Of a stretch of 64,000 nt of DNA, positions 18,875-29,777 are shown piece by piece. Where the stretch lies: contig JBMOIO010000001.1 of assembly GCA_049317285.1 (NCBI GenBank), positions 20,388 to 84,387 on the forward strand, given 5' to 3'. How positions within the stretch are numbered: position 1 is the first letter of the stretch; every line of letters starts with the position of its first letter. The stretch is from Minisyncoccia bacterium. Its GTDB lineage: Bacteria > Patescibacteriota > Minisyncoccia > Phycocordibacterales > UBA9973. Made by a program: the position numbers and the translations under genes. The notes beneath the pieces were generated by a model. That model was not told the origin of the DNA and searched no databases. It worked only from the letters and a program-made list of their open reading frames with translations.

Positions 18875-21800
18875 ATGAGCTTCGTCCACCTCCACACCCA
18901 CTCCCACTATTCCCTCCTCGACGGGCTCTCAAAGGTTCCTCAGCTAGTCAAAAAAGCAAAGGAGTTTGGCATGCCAGCGCTTGCGCTGACAGACCATGGC
19001 GCACTGTACGGCGCGATTGAGTTTTACAATGCGTGCAAGAAAGCGGATATCAAACCGATCATCGGCGTGGAAGCGTACATGGCAGAGCGCACGCGCTTTG
19101 ACAAAGAACCCGGGATAGATAGCAAGCGCTATCATCTGACACTCTTGGTAAAAAACAATGTCGGATACAAAAACATAATGAAGCTCGTCACCAAGAGTAA
19201 CCTCGAGGGCTTCTATTACAAACCGCGCATGGATATGGATTTGTTGCGCGAGCATGGAGACGGGATCATCTGCCTTTCCGGATGCCCGGGGAGCCGATTT
19301 ATCACTCATCTTAAAAATAACAATATTCTCGAAGCCGAAAATCTTCTCGCAGAATATATCGATATCTTCGGTAAAGAACATGTGTATGTCGAGGTGATGT
19401 ATCACAAAGAGGTGGACTGGTATATTCCACTTGTTCCAACGATTGTTGAGATAGCAAAAAAAATGGACCTCCCGATTGTCGGTACTTGGGACTCGCACTA
19501 CATCAATAAAGAAGATGCTGATGCGCAAGACACCTTGGTTGCAATCAATACCGGGACCGAAGTGGGCAACAGTAAAATTTCAATGAAGGCGGGCAACTAC
19601 TCCTTTATCTCTCCTGAAGAAGCAAAGGAGATATTCAAGGACATTCCGGGAGCAATAGAAAATACGCTCAAACTCGCAGAAACCGTTGACCTTGAAATTG
19701 AGCTTGCACCATGGAAATTCCCTACCTACCCTATTCCCGAAGGCTCAAACTACGACGATGAATTGAAAAACGGTGTATTGGCCGGACTCCCAGGAATCGG
19801 CTACGCCTATGAGGGAATCATCAAAGAGCGCGTGGATTTTGAACTTGATATCATCAAAAACAAAGGATTCTCTTCATACTTTTTAGTAGAAGCTGACTTG
19901 GTGCAAGCAGCACGACGCATGGGTATTCAGACAAACACTCGAGGAAGTGCCGCAGGTTCACTGGTTTCTTATGCGATGCGCATCACCACTGTCGACCCGA
20001 TCAAATACAAGCTCCCCTTCGAGCGTTTCTTGAACCCGCTTCGCCCGGGTATTCCTGATATCGACCTCGATATTGCCGACGACCGCCGAGACGACCTCAT
20101 CAACTATGCTCGAGAAAAATATGGCACCATGGCAGTCGCACAAATCTGTACCTTTGGAACGATGGCAGCACGAGGGAGTGTCCGCGATGTTGCACGAGCA
20201 CTCGGCTATCCCTATGCCGTGGGTGACAAAATTTCAAAAATGATTCCGATGGGGAGCCAGGGCTTCCCGATGACTATCGACCACGCGCTCGAAATAATTC
20301 CGGAGCTTAAAGAGGAGTACGACAACGACCGCGGAACAAAGGAAATCATCGATATGGCAAAAAAGATCGAGGGTAATGTCCGCCATATTTCTGTGCACGC
20401 CGCAGGTGTCATCATTGCGCCCACCCCGGACGTTTCAGACTACACCCCTATCCAATACGACCCGAAAGGTGAAACAAAAATCATCACGCAGTACGACATG
20501 TTCTCCGGCGGGCGCGACGGCGTGGTAAACCTGCCAAAGTTTGACATGCTCGGAATCCGAAATCTGCAGTTCATTTCAGGAACGCTTGATCGCATCAAGA
20601 AAATCCACGGTATTGATATCGATATCGATACTATTCCACTCGACGACAAGAAAGTGTTTGAAATGCTTACCCGCGGAGAGACTATGGGAGTATTCCAAAT
20701 GGCGGGCGACGGCATGACGCGCTATCTCAAAGAATTGAAACCGACCAAGCTCGAAGACCTCATGGCGATGGTTGCGCTCTATCGCCCTGGACCGATGGAA
20801 GTGATTCCAGAATACATCAGGCGCAAAGAAAATGCTCGCTTGATTAAATACCCTGACCCTCGCCTCAAAGACGACCTAGAGGCATCCTACGGCCTCTTGG
20901 TGTACCAAGACGATGTGTTGATCACCTCGATTCGATTGGCGGGCTACACCTGGCTCGACGCCGACAAATTCCGCAAGGCGATGGGAAAAAAGATTCCTGC
21001 TGAAATGGCTGAGCAGAAAGAAAAGTTCTACAAAGGCTGTATGGAGTACGGTGGATTAGAGACAGAAAAAATCGATGAACTCTGGCACTTGATTGAGCCG
21101 TTTGCAGCGTACGGCTTCAACAAGGCGCATGCGGCAAGCTATGGTATGGTCGCATATAAAACCGCCTATTTGAAAGCAAACTACCCGGCTGAATATCTCA
21201 GTGCATGTATGACTGCCGAGAGCGGGGACATTGAAACGTGTAGCGAATATATCAATGAAGCAAAGCGTATGGGCTTTACGATTCTCCCGCCTGACGTAAA
21301 TGAGTCATATTCCGACTTTACTGTCGTCGTGGAAGAGGGCGTTGTCACTAACAATATCCGTTTCGGGCTTCGCAATGTAAAAAACTTTGGTGAAGAAATC
21401 GGAAAAGCGATTATTGCGGAGAGAAAAGCCAAAGGGCCCTTTAAAACAATCGAGGACTTTCTCGAGCGCGTACAGCACAAGAACATGAACAAGAAATCCC
21501 TCGAAGCACTGATTATGTGCGGAGCGATGGATGCTTTTGGCGACAGAGGGGTGCTCTACGGAAACTCAGAAGAGCTCTTGGCATTTCATAAGGGGCTCAA
21601 AAACCATAATGGCGCTGGACAAGACTCGCTCTTTGCAGGCCTGGACTCAAACCCAAATGCAACCCTTACGCTCCGCAACACACCAGAGGCAACCATGGCG
21701 CAAAAGCTTACTTGGGAGAAAGAGCTCCTTGGGCTCTACATTTCCGGGCACCCGCTCGACAGTTTCCTTGAAAAAATCCAGAAAGCCGGAACAACCATTA

Positions 21801-22105
21801 AAAAACTTCTTAGTGAACCGACGGTACCTCAGCGCGAGCGCTTTACCAAAAAGAAACATTCCTACCTCCTTGTCGCCCATATTGATACGGCAAAAATCAT
21901 TATGACAAAGACAACGAGCTTGAAGATGGCTTTCCTTTCATTAACCGACAAAACTGGAACAATAGAAGGAGTGGTATTCCCTGAAACATTTAAAACAATA
22001 GGTCCGCTCATAAAAGAAGGCTGTATTGTGGCAATAAAGTGCACGTTTGCCGACCGCGACGAGCGAAGAAGTGTGCTGATTGACGACATCAAAATCCTCT
22101 CCTAA
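18875..22105 (+). CDS. dnaE: DNA polymerase III alpha subunit
   Basis: FVHLHTHSHYSLLDG (PHP), RGSAAGSLV, PDIDLD, YGFNKAHA motifs. Confidence 0.97.
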   Translation: MSFVHLHTHSHYSLLDGLSKVPQLVKKAKEFGMPALALTDHGALYGAIEFYNACKKADIKPIIGVEAYMAERTRFDKEPGIDSKRYHLTLLVKNNVGYKNIMKLVTKSNLEGFYYKPRMDMDLLREHGDGIICLSGCPGSRFITHLKNNNILEAENLLAEYIDIFGKEHVYVEVMYHKEVDWYIPLVPTIVEIAKKMDLPIVGTWDSHYINKEDADAQDTLVAINTGTEVGNSKISMKAGNYSFISPEEAKEIFKDIPGAIENTLKLAETVDLEIELAPWKFPTYPIPEGSNYDDELKNGVLAGLPGIGYAYEGIIKERVDFELDIIKNKGFSSYFLVEADLVQAARRMGIQTNTRGSAAGSLVSYAMRITTVDPIKYKLPFERFLNPLRPGIPDIDLDIADDRRDDLINYAREKYGTMAVAQICTFGTMAARGSVRDVARALGYPYAVGDKISKMIPMGSQGFPMTIDHALEIIPELKEEYDNDRGTKEIIDMAKKIEGNVRHISVHAAGVIIAPTPDVSDYTPIQYDPKGETKIITQYDMFSGGRDGVVNLPKFDMLGIRNLQFISGTLDRIKKIHGIDIDIDTIPLDDKKVFEMLTRGETMGVFQMAGDGMTRYLKELKPTKLEDLMAMVALYRPGPMEVIPEYIRRKENARLIKYPDPRLKDDLEASYGLLVYQDDVLITSIRLAGYTWLDADKFRKAMGKKIPAEMAEQKEKFYKGCMEYGGLETEKIDELWHLIEPFAAYGFNKAHAASYGMVAYKTAYLKANYPAEYLSACMTAESGDIETCSEYINEAKRMGFTILPPDVNESYSDFTVVVEEGVVTNNIRFGLRNVKNFGEEIGKAIIAERKAKGPFKTIEDFLERVQHKNMNKKSLEALIMCGAMDAFGDRGVLYGNSEELLAFHKGLKNHNGAGQDSLFAGLDSNPNATLTLRNTPEATMAQKLTWEKELLGLYISGHPLDSFLEKIQKAGTTIKKLLSEPTVPQRERFTKKKHSYLLVAHIDTAKIIMTKTTSLKMAFLSLTDKTGTIEGVVFPETFKTIGPLIKEGCIVAIKCTFADRDERRSVLIDDIKILS

Positions 22106-22179
22106 CACTCTTCTTCCCGACTCTTGACTTGACTTTTAAATGTGTTTTGGTATTATAGAGATAACCAAACTATAGTTCT

Positions 22180-22500
22180 ATGAATACGTTAAGAGATTTC
22201 ACGATTAGTGTCCTTAATTATTATTTTGGACTACGAAATGAGCCAGGAAGAAAAAAGACTAATAATGACTGGGAAATTGCTTGTACCCATGTCTACCAAT
22301 TAGCTCAGCAAGACTATCCTGATTTTAAAGAATTTAAAAGCGCTATCGGAAAAGACCGTAAGGCGTATAAAGAAGAAAGAGAACTCGCAAAATCCTCTAC
22401 TCCTGTAGAAAAAGTAGCAGTAATAAAAAGGACTATTGCAAGAGTAGTTCAAGGAGAACTCTTTCCCCCATCATGGTCTGAAAGAATTTCAATGACCTAG
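22180..22500 (+). CDS. hypothetical protein
   Basis: AT-rich 106-aa ORF with an upstream TTGACT..TATTAT promoter and a downstream terminator. Confidence 0.55.
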   Translation: MNTLRDFTISVLNYYFGLRNEPGRKKTNNDWEIACTHVYQLAQQDYPDFKEFKSAIGKDRKAYKEERELAKSSTPVEKVAVIKRTIARVVQGELFPPSWSERISMT

Positions 22501-22505
22501 CAATG

Positions 22506-22579
22506 AAGAACGGCAACTGAGCCGTTCTTTTTTACTCCCCGCATAACAAAAATCCCTGACCGTTCGGTCAGGGATTTTT
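22506..22579. terminator. two back-to-back intrinsic terminators
   Basis: aagaacggc-aactga-gccgttcttttt and aaaaatccctgacc-gttc-ggtcagggattttt. Confidence 0.75.
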
Positions 22580-22589
22580 GGAATAGTCT

Positions 22590-23171
22590 TTAGGCTTCAG
22601 CGATTACCACTGTTGCTTCAATTTTATTCATAAGAGCAATCACTTCATTAGCGTATGTTGGTACGACTGATGGAGGGTTGTACGCTTCGAGTTTACCGCG
22701 AAGCGTCTTACCGCCATAAGCGCGGGCCGTGCGGGGATTGTTACCACCAAGGTTGGTTGCAACGATCTCGATCGCATGGTCCCAGCTCTTAAAGTTGATT
22801 TTACATGAACCGAATCCAAACGGACTATAGGTGACACTTTTACAAGCGTGCTTACCACCAGTACTTTCGCGAACCGCGAGAGCTGGGATAATACGCCAGT
22901 CAATGTTGTTTTTTTCAGCTTCAATCACCATTTTCATACCAGTACCTGCAAGGGGCATATTACGCTTTGCAAAGTACGCATCGATTTTGGCAGCCTTCTC
23001 CTCTCTTTCCACTTGGAGTTTTGCTTCTTCTGCAGAAACTTCTGTTTGTGCGATGATTGGTGCAATTGCATTGTTCACTGAGGCCGTAAAGGCGTTCATT
23101 GAGATTGCAGTTGCTACTAACGGTACGATAATAAAGGACTTTGTTATTGAATATAGTTTTGTTGAACTCAT
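22590..23171 (-). CDS. exported lysozyme-fold (glucosaminidase/transglycosylase-like) protein
   Basis: Signal anchor; AEKNNIDWRIIPALAVRESTGG with a putative catalytic Glu. Confidence 0.65.
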   Translation of the reverse strand: MSSTKLYSITKSFIIVPLVATAISMNAFTASVNNAIAPIIAQTEVSAEEAKLQVEREEKAAKIDAYFAKRNMPLAGTGMKMVIEAEKNNIDWRIIPALAVRESTGGKHACKSVTYSPFGFGSCKINFKSWDHAIEIVATNLGGNNPRTARAYGGKTLRGKLEAYNPPSVVPTYANEVIALMNKIEATVVIAEA

Positions 23172-23434
23172 AGTTCCCGGTTGAGCTCCGGGGGAACTTC
23201 ATAGCAGTATATTTCCACACTGAATATCTGATGAATCAGTCTTCAAATGAAAATTCCTTATACAATTAATTGCTAAGGAAGTTCTTTTATAGTATCACAA
23301 AGCTTTATTTTTGTCAATAGTTATACAATGGAAACTACTACTGTCAAACATAAAATACCCTTATAAAATAAGGGTATTTTAGAGGACATAACTTGCCACC
23401 TTGGCAAATAAATTGTCTTATTATTATGCTATTA

Positions 23435-25753
23435 CTAGACTTTATCGCTCACCCCTGCCGTGAGCTTCGTAATCCCATTGCTGAGGCTGATTACTTGGTC
23501 TTTTAAGCGCTCCTCCATCTCTTTAAAGAGTCGAGTTGACTCCTTTTTGTACTCAACAAGAGGTTCGCGCTGGCCGTATGCTCGAAGCCCTACTGACTGA
23601 CGGAGGTATTCCATAGTGTCGATGTGCTCGACCCACAGTGTATCGGTAGTAAACAGGATGACTCGACGAACATTCTCCCAAAAAGCGTCTTCGCCTACAA
23701 GAGCGGTCTTTTCCTTTACAATCGATTCCAACTGCTCCAGTTCTCCAAGAGTATAGAAAGTACTGATTACATGCCCTCGGTCCCCTTCTACCATTGCTCG
23801 TCGTCGGCTATAGATTTGCTCTCGCTGATACGAAAGAATCGTGTCATATTCCAGCGTGTGCTTTCGAGCGTCAAAGTGGAAGCCTTCGATCTTCTTCTGC
23901 GCACTTTCAAGTGCACGGGAAACAATACTGTTTTGAATTGCTTCGTCTTCCGGCAAGCCCAATCGCGCCATCATGGTCTTAATGCGCTCGCTTCCGAATA
24001 CGCGCATCAGCTCGTCCTCAAGAGAAACATAAAACTGTGTTTCGCCGGGGTCTCCCTGTCGTCCCGCTCGTCCGCGAAGCTGGTTATCGATACGGCGCGC
24101 TTCATGGCGCTCGGTACCGATGACAAAGAGTCCGCCAAGCATTTTCACCTCCTCCTGCTCACTCAGATTTGAAGGGTTGCCTCCGAGAATAATATCCACC
24201 CCTCGCCCTGCCATGTTGGTAGCGATGACTACAGAACCCTTGCGGCCTGCCTGTGCTGTCACTGTTCCTTCTTGTTCGTGGTTTTTCGCATTCAAAATCT
24301 GGTGCGGAATGCCTTCGCGCTTCAAATATGCTCCTAAGAGTTCGTTTTTTTCCACTGACACCGTACCGATCAGTACCGGCTGCCCTTTTTCATGGAGCTC
24401 TTTTACTTTTTTTGCTATCGCCTTGAATTTTCCTTCTTCTGTTTGGAAGATAAGATCGTTGTGGTCGATACGCTGTGTCTTTTTATTGGTCGGCACAGTA
24501 ACAACAGAGAGTCCGTACACTTTTGTAAACTCTTCTTCATTGGTCTTTGCCGTCCCTGTCATACCAGAGAGCTTTTCGTAGAATTTAAAATAGTTCTGGT
24601 AGGTAATAGAAGCAACAGAACGTGTTTCCTGCTCAATCTTTACGCCCTCCTTCGCCTCAATTGCCTGGTGTAAGCCCTCAGACCAGCGTCGGCCTGGCTG
24701 CATACGCCCAGTAAAGGGGTCGACAATAATCACCTCTCCGTCTTTGATCACATAGTCTTTATCTTTTGCAAAGAGCGCGCGGGCGCGAATCGCAGTTTCG
24801 AGGTAGTGGACATACTTAATCCCCTTTTCAGTATACATATCAGTAATACCAAGCATCTTTTCAGCCTTGGTAATCCCTTCGTCGGTAAGCTGAATTGCCT
24901 TGAGCTTTTCGTCTACAGTATAGTCAGTATCGACGACAAGCTTCATTGCAACACCTGCAACGGTTTTATAAAGCGCTGCTGAGTCTGCAACTGCGCTTGA
25001 AATAATCAAAGGGGTGCGGGACTCATCAATCAAAATAGAGTCCACTTCGTCGACGACGGCAAAGTAGTGTCCGCGCTGGACAATATCTTCTTTGGAACTT
25101 ACAAGATTGTCACGCAAGTAATCAAAGCCGAACTGACTGTTGGTACCATAGGTAATATCAGCACTATACGCATCGCGACGGCTCACTGGACGCAAAAACT
25201 GCTGCACTACTTTAAACGAACCTTCTTCGTCGCGCTCCTCATCGAGCTCTTGATGTGTTGGATCGTACACAAAAGATTTTGACTGGTCGTTGATGACGCC
25301 AATAGAAAGGCCCAGGAAATTATAGATTTGCCCCATCCAAGTCGCATCACGCCTTGCAAGGTAGTCGTTGACTGTCACCACATGAACTCCGCGACCAGTC
25401 AGTGCATTTAAATAGACTGGCAATGTCCCTACCAATGTCTTTCCTTCACCGGTGCGCATCTCAGCAATGTTTCCTCCGTTGAGTACCATTCCTCCAATCA
25501 GCTGTACATCATAGTGGCGTTTGCCAGATGTTCGTTTTGCGGCCTCTCGAACGAGTGCAAATGCACGAGGGAGAATGTCCTCGAGAGATTCGCCAGCTGC
25601 CAGTCGGGCCTTAAGCTCTGCCGTTTGTATCGGGAAGTCTTCGTCTGTCAATAGCGCGATAGATTCCTCCAAATCATTGATGCTTTTTACCCTTTTTTCG
25701 TATTGTTTTATTGCTCCTTTATCAAACAGGGTTTGGAAAAATGTGAATGCCAT
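23435..25753 (-). CDS. secA: preprotein translocase SecA
   Basis: EMRTGEGKT, DEVDSILIDE, ATNMAGRG, RIDNQLRGRAGRQGDPG motifs. Confidence 0.97.
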   Translation of the reverse strand: MAFTFFQTLFDKGAIKQYEKRVKSINDLEESIALLTDEDFPIQTAELKARLAAGESLEDILPRAFALVREAAKRTSGKRHYDVQLIGGMVLNGGNIAEMRTGEGKTLVGTLPVYLNALTGRGVHVVTVNDYLARRDATWMGQIYNFLGLSIGVINDQSKSFVYDPTHQELDEERDEEGSFKVVQQFLRPVSRRDAYSADITYGTNSQFGFDYLRDNLVSSKEDIVQRGHYFAVVDEVDSILIDESRTPLIISSAVADSAALYKTVAGVAMKLVVDTDYTVDEKLKAIQLTDEGITKAEKMLGITDMYTEKGIKYVHYLETAIRARALFAKDKDYVIKDGEVIIVDPFTGRMQPGRRWSEGLHQAIEAKEGVKIEQETRSVASITYQNYFKFYEKLSGMTGTAKTNEEEFTKVYGLSVVTVPTNKKTQRIDHNDLIFQTEEGKFKAIAKKVKELHEKGQPVLIGTVSVEKNELLGAYLKREGIPHQILNAKNHEQEGTVTAQAGRKGSVVIATNMAGRGVDIILGGNPSNLSEQEEVKMLGGLFVIGTERHEARRIDNQLRGRAGRQGDPGETQFYVSLEDELMRVFGSERIKTMMARLGLPEDEAIQNSIVSRALESAQKKIEGFHFDARKHTLEYDTILSYQREQIYSRRRAMVEGDRGHVISTFYTLGELEQLESIVKEKTALVGEDAFWENVRRVILFTTDTLWVEHIDTMEYLRQSVGLRAYGQREPLVEYKKESTRLFKEMEERLKDQVISLSNGITKLTAGVSDKV

Positions 25754-25868
25754 AAGAACCTCATTTTACCACAAAAACACCCTCTTTAAAAGACACCCAA
25801 ATAGCACAAAACCGCGGCCTTGTTGTCGCGGTTTTGTGTAAGTGGAAAGAGAGTGAGTGAGAAAAAGA

Positions 25869-26009
25869 CTATTTCTTTTTCTTCTTAGCAACCTTTTTCT
25901 TAGCTGCTTTCTTTACTGCTTTTTTAGCAACCTTCTTTACTGCTTTCTTAACTGTCTTTTTAACAGCCTTCTTCACAGCTTTCTTGGCTACCTTTCTTTT
26001 TGCTGCCAT
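25869..26009 (-). CDS. 46-aa Lys/Ala/Val-rich histone H1-like peptide (not in ORF track)
   Basis: MAAKRKVAKKAVKKAVKKTVKKAVKKVAKKAVKKAAKKKVAKKKKK*. Synonymous codon variation across the repeats indicates coding constraint; a terminator-like hairpin follows near 25805-25837. Confidence 0.8.
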   Translation of the reverse strand: MAAKRKVAKKAVKKAVKKTVKKAVKKVAKKAVKKAAKKKVAKKKKK

Positions 26010-26212
26010 AAATTTATGCGTAAGTTTATCTAGTAATACATCTGTGATGATCGACCACTGATTGTGATTGAACGCGTTACCACCACATGTATGTATATTA
26101 TCTCTCGCGCGTGATACACAAGCAATATTTTTTTATAAAAAACTGTGGATAACTCACTTTTTTTATAAAAATGTAAATGCAAATCGTTTGCGTTTATTTT
26201 CTTTAGAAGGCT

Positions 26213-27553
26213 TTATTGCGGATCAAAGATGCTATGCGGGAGTAGTTCTCCGTTTAACAATCGCGCAATGCGCTCTGCTCCATACACCGATGTAAGAATA
26301 CCGACGCCATTACAACCGAGATTATATAAGAGCCGTTTGTTTTTTGGTTCAAACCCCACCATGCGTACCCAGCTTTTTGTATACCCCATCAGTCCATGCC
26401 AATAGTAGTCCATATGCGGATGATGTTTGTAATGAAGAGATGAAAATGTTCCAAGTGCATCACTAATTTCAAGTGGGTATTCTTTGTGTGCGTCGTACGT
26501 TGCGCGGTCTGGGAGGTACACTTCTGGTCCACCAATACATACAAGATTGTGCGTTGCATTACTCTCGTCTTCAAATGGCCTGCGTGTTGTATAAAAATAA
26601 GGATTCCCTTCGCTTACTAATGCATGCGAATAAATGCTCGCAAAAGGTGCTCGATTGAGCCCTTCTTTGTACGCTGCCATATACCCCACTACCCCTTCAA
26701 CCTCCATATGAAATGCAGTATCGATATCGGCACCGCTTGGATTATCGATTTGTATCGACTCAAAACCATTTGTACACAATACAACAGTGGTTGTTGTCAC
26801 CATATTGATTCCGGTGTGGACCAATACCTCGCTCTCATTCAATACGACACGCGACACAGAGGTGTGTTCTTTGAGAATAAACCGCTCTGGAAATGTTGCG
26901 AGCAAGTACCCCGTAAGCTCTTCAGTAAACAGCGCGCTATTCATACAGCCAGAAAGAAATGGGAGTGCGGCAATATACTGCGTATCAGTCGTTTCTAAAA
27001 GTGCGAGAATATTTTCCTGGGCAACTACTAGTGTGTACGGCGTATATTCGCGTGGGATCATCCCGTGATCCACCCATTCTTTTGCTATCAACAGCGGGCG
27101 TACACGAAGACCCGCTTTTGCCTTAAGGGACAAATCATGAAGCGCTTCAATAACCTGGCGCTCAAGAGAAAGGCCATTGTATCCGATAAACTGCGAGAAT
27201 GGCGTCGAAAGTTCGGCATGCGCAAAAATATGCTCCAAGAGTGTGCGTGCATCTTCTTCAATTGCTCTGTGAGCTGCAGCTGTCTGCACTATGCCATAGC
27301 GCTCGGCGAGCTCGGTAAAGGTCTTTTCAAAATAACTCGTAATCTGTCCTGCATTATGCCCCGTTGCGCCATGAGCAACTTTCCCCGCCTCAAGCAGGAC
27401 TACACTCTTATTTGTTTTTGTGAGTATAAAATAGGCGGTTGTAATCCCTGCGATCCCCCCTCCTATAATAGTGGTGTCGACTGTAAGGTTCGAAGAAAGT
27501 GGTTCAACAGGTCGGGTTCGTTTGAGCTGGACTATCCAAGGCGAGTGATTCAT
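26213..27553 (-). CDS. FAD-dependent oxidoreductase (DAO family)
   Basis: IIGGGIAG, GATGHNAG, GCNGVG motifs. Confidence 0.85.
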   Translation of the reverse strand: MNHSPWIVQLKRTRPVEPLSSNLTVDTTIIGGGIAGITTAYFILTKTNKSVVLLEAGKVAHGATGHNAGQITSYFEKTFTELAERYGIVQTAAAHRAIEEDARTLLEHIFAHAELSTPFSQFIGYNGLSLERQVIEALHDLSLKAKAGLRVRPLLIAKEWVDHGMIPREYTPYTLVVAQENILALLETTDTQYIAALPFLSGCMNSALFTEELTGYLLATFPERFILKEHTSVSRVVLNESEVLVHTGINMVTTTTVVLCTNGFESIQIDNPSGADIDTAFHMEVEGVVGYMAAYKEGLNRAPFASIYSHALVSEGNPYFYTTRRPFEDESNATHNLVCIGGPEVYLPDRATYDAHKEYPLEISDALGTFSSLHYKHHPHMDYYWHGLMGYTKSWVRMVGFEPKNKRLLYNLGCNGVGILTSVYGAERIARLLNGELLPHSIFDPQ

Positions 27554-27607
27554 AGGTATCAGTATACCAAAAGAAAAAAACATCCGTTTAAGGATGTTTT
27601 TTCATGT

Positions 27608-27957
27608 GTTGTACTCGTAAGCCGAATTCTGTTTTATCGATCATTTATCTGGGAGAGTTGTTACCAACTCCCTCAAGCAGCACTCCCCACGTCGCTCTTG
27701 CGAGCTATGCGGGGCACGGCCTTGCACACGAGTAAGGATTTAGCCGTTTCATTCTGTATGTTGCCATACAGATTCGCCCCACTTCGCCGAAGCTCCGCGG
27801 GGCGGCTTTCGCTTTCGCTCCAGCCGTCACTGTTCGCACCTCGTAGCTTGCGCTAGACGGGAATTACCCGCTACCTGTACGAATTAAATCGTTGTGTGTT
27901 CGGACTTTCCTTACCACTTCACCCAAAGGGCTCCGCGGCACGATCGAGCGGTACAAC
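27608..27957 (-). ncRNA. rnpB: RNase P RNA
   Basis: 5' GATCG..AGGAAAGTCCG, GGGTAATTCC, GTGCAAG, 3' ACAGAATTCGGCTTA; terminal P1 stem GTTGTAC/GTACAAC. Confidence 0.92.
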
Positions 27958-28007
27958 CCCTCCATTATGCATATAAAAAAACCTCATGCAATATGAGGTT
28001 TTTTTAT

Positions 28008-29735
28008 CTATGCCTCGCAGTTGACGCACATATTGTCTTCACCAACAAAAATCACTTTTGGCTTTTTTGCTTCAGCATTCTCTTGGAGCTTCTTTCGGCC
28101 GAATTGCTGAGCGGCATTCATGCTGTGCTGGTAATACAGCGTCTTGACCCCTTTTTTCCATGCATGGAGGTAGAGTGCGTTGAGATCCCTGGCCGGAGTC
28201 GACGGGTCAACCATGATGTTGAGTGATTGCGCCTGATCAATATATTTCTGGCGATCTGCTGCTTGCTCGATGATTGCCTTCTGGTCGATTTCGCTAAACG
28301 TGCGGAACACTTTCTTTTCGTGTTCGGTTAAGAAATCGAGGTGCTGTACTGAGCCGTCATTGTCGCGGATGCTTGTCCAGACTTCTGTGGTATTGTGCCC
28401 TTTTTCTTCAAGCAACTTCTCAAGAGTGTGGTTTTTAATGGTTACCTTCATTTTGTCCACGTCTTTAACAAAGGCGTTTGACATCAATGGCTCAATCCCT
28501 TGCGAGACCTGGCCGAGGATAAATGCAGATGAGGTTGTCGGAGCGATAGCAAGGAGTGTGGTGTTTCGGCGACCGTACCCTTTCAATACTTCTGGTTCAC
28601 CGTATTCTTTTGCCATCGCTTCCGATGCCTTGTACGCCTTCTCTTTGATCAAGGCAAAAATCTCTTCGTTTAATGCAGATGCTTCCGGACTTTCAAACGG
28701 AATGTTCTTTTCCTGAAGGAAGGTGTGCCAGCCGAGTACTCCCAGACCGAGAGCGCGATGCTCTTTTGCAAACTTGTGCGCTCGCTTCATGAAGTAAAAC
28801 GCTGACTGCTTGTGAGGGTCACTACTGTCTCGGAAGGTCTCGAGGCGCTGTACAAATTCTCCAATTACAGTATCGAGGAACATAGCGAGTGTCTCCACTG
28901 CGTCGGTATCCTTCCATTCGTTGTAGTGGCGAAGGTTGATTGATGAAAGACAGCAGACAAACGAAAGCTCGTCGGAAGTCGGGAGACAAATCTCAGAACA
29001 GAGATTGCTTCCATGAATTCGCATACCCTTATCTTTATACACGTCCACTGTATTGTTATTTACAGTGTCACTGAAAAGAATGTACGGGTACCCAATTTCA
29101 GTTCGGCGCTGGATGACCTTTGCCCATATCTTGCGCTTCTCTTGGTCGCCATCAATCATGGCCTGAAGCCATGCGTCGCCCACTGTCACCGCATAGGTCG
29201 ACTCTTGAATAGCGTGGCCTTCTTTTCCAATATTTAAATATTCCTCGATGTCCCCATGTTCAACCGGAAGGTATGGTGCGCAGTGTCCGCGACGAACAGT
29301 ACCCTGCGAAACAATGTTAATAAGACTATCAAAAAGCTCTAAAAAGTGAACAGAGCCTGAAGAATGCCCGTTGTCCTTAATCTCAGAACCTCGTGCACGA
29401 AGCGCGCCGAGGTGCACTGAAGTTCCTCCGCCGTATTTTGTCATCATGCCCACTTCAGCATGAGTGTAGAGAATACGGGACATATCATCATCAACGAAAC
29501 TTCCAAAACAGCTAATCGGAAGGCCTCGGGCCTCGCCATAGTTTGCCCAAATAGGCGTCGCAAGCGAATAAAAACCACGCGACATGTAGTCGTAAAACTT
29601 GTCGGCAAAGCCAGGTTTATTCAGATGTCTCTCGGCAATCTCTGCAATTTGCCGGATGCGTTCCTCAGCACTAATCCCCCCGATAAGATAGCCTTTTGCT
29701 AAGAATTTTCTACTGTTTTCGTTAAGCCAATACAT
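28008..29735 (-). CDS. nrdA: class I ribonucleotide reductase alpha subunit (no ATP cone)
   Basis: PISCF, SNLCSEI, AIAPT, KTLYY motifs and a C-terminal CxxC (CVNCE). Confidence 0.93.
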   Translation of the reverse strand: MYWLNENSRKFLAKGYLIGGISAEERIRQIAEIAERHLNKPGFADKFYDYMSRGFYSLATPIWANYGEARGLPISCFGSFVDDDMSRILYTHAEVGMMTKYGGGTSVHLGALRARGSEIKDNGHSSGSVHFLELFDSLINIVSQGTVRRGHCAPYLPVEHGDIEEYLNIGKEGHAIQESTYAVTVGDAWLQAMIDGDQEKRKIWAKVIQRRTEIGYPYILFSDTVNNNTVDVYKDKGMRIHGSNLCSEICLPTSDELSFVCCLSSINLRHYNEWKDTDAVETLAMFLDTVIGEFVQRLETFRDSSDPHKQSAFYFMKRAHKFAKEHRALGLGVLGWHTFLQEKNIPFESPEASALNEEIFALIKEKAYKASEAMAKEYGEPEVLKGYGRRNTTLLAIAPTTSSAFILGQVSQGIEPLMSNAFVKDVDKMKVTIKNHTLEKLLEEKGHNTTEVWTSIRDNDGSVQHLDFLTEHEKKVFRTFSEIDQKAIIEQAADRQKYIDQAQSLNIMVDPSTPARDLNALYLHAWKKGVKTLYYQHSMNAAQQFGRKKLQENAEAKKPKVIFVGEDNMCVNCEA

Positions 29736-29777
29736 GATATGTGTTAATTGATTATGTTGATAATTCGACCTTTTCTC

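Noticed and set aside
27065-27856. 263-aa + strand ORF
   Set aside because: Antisense to rnpB and the oxidoreductase gene; no motifs.
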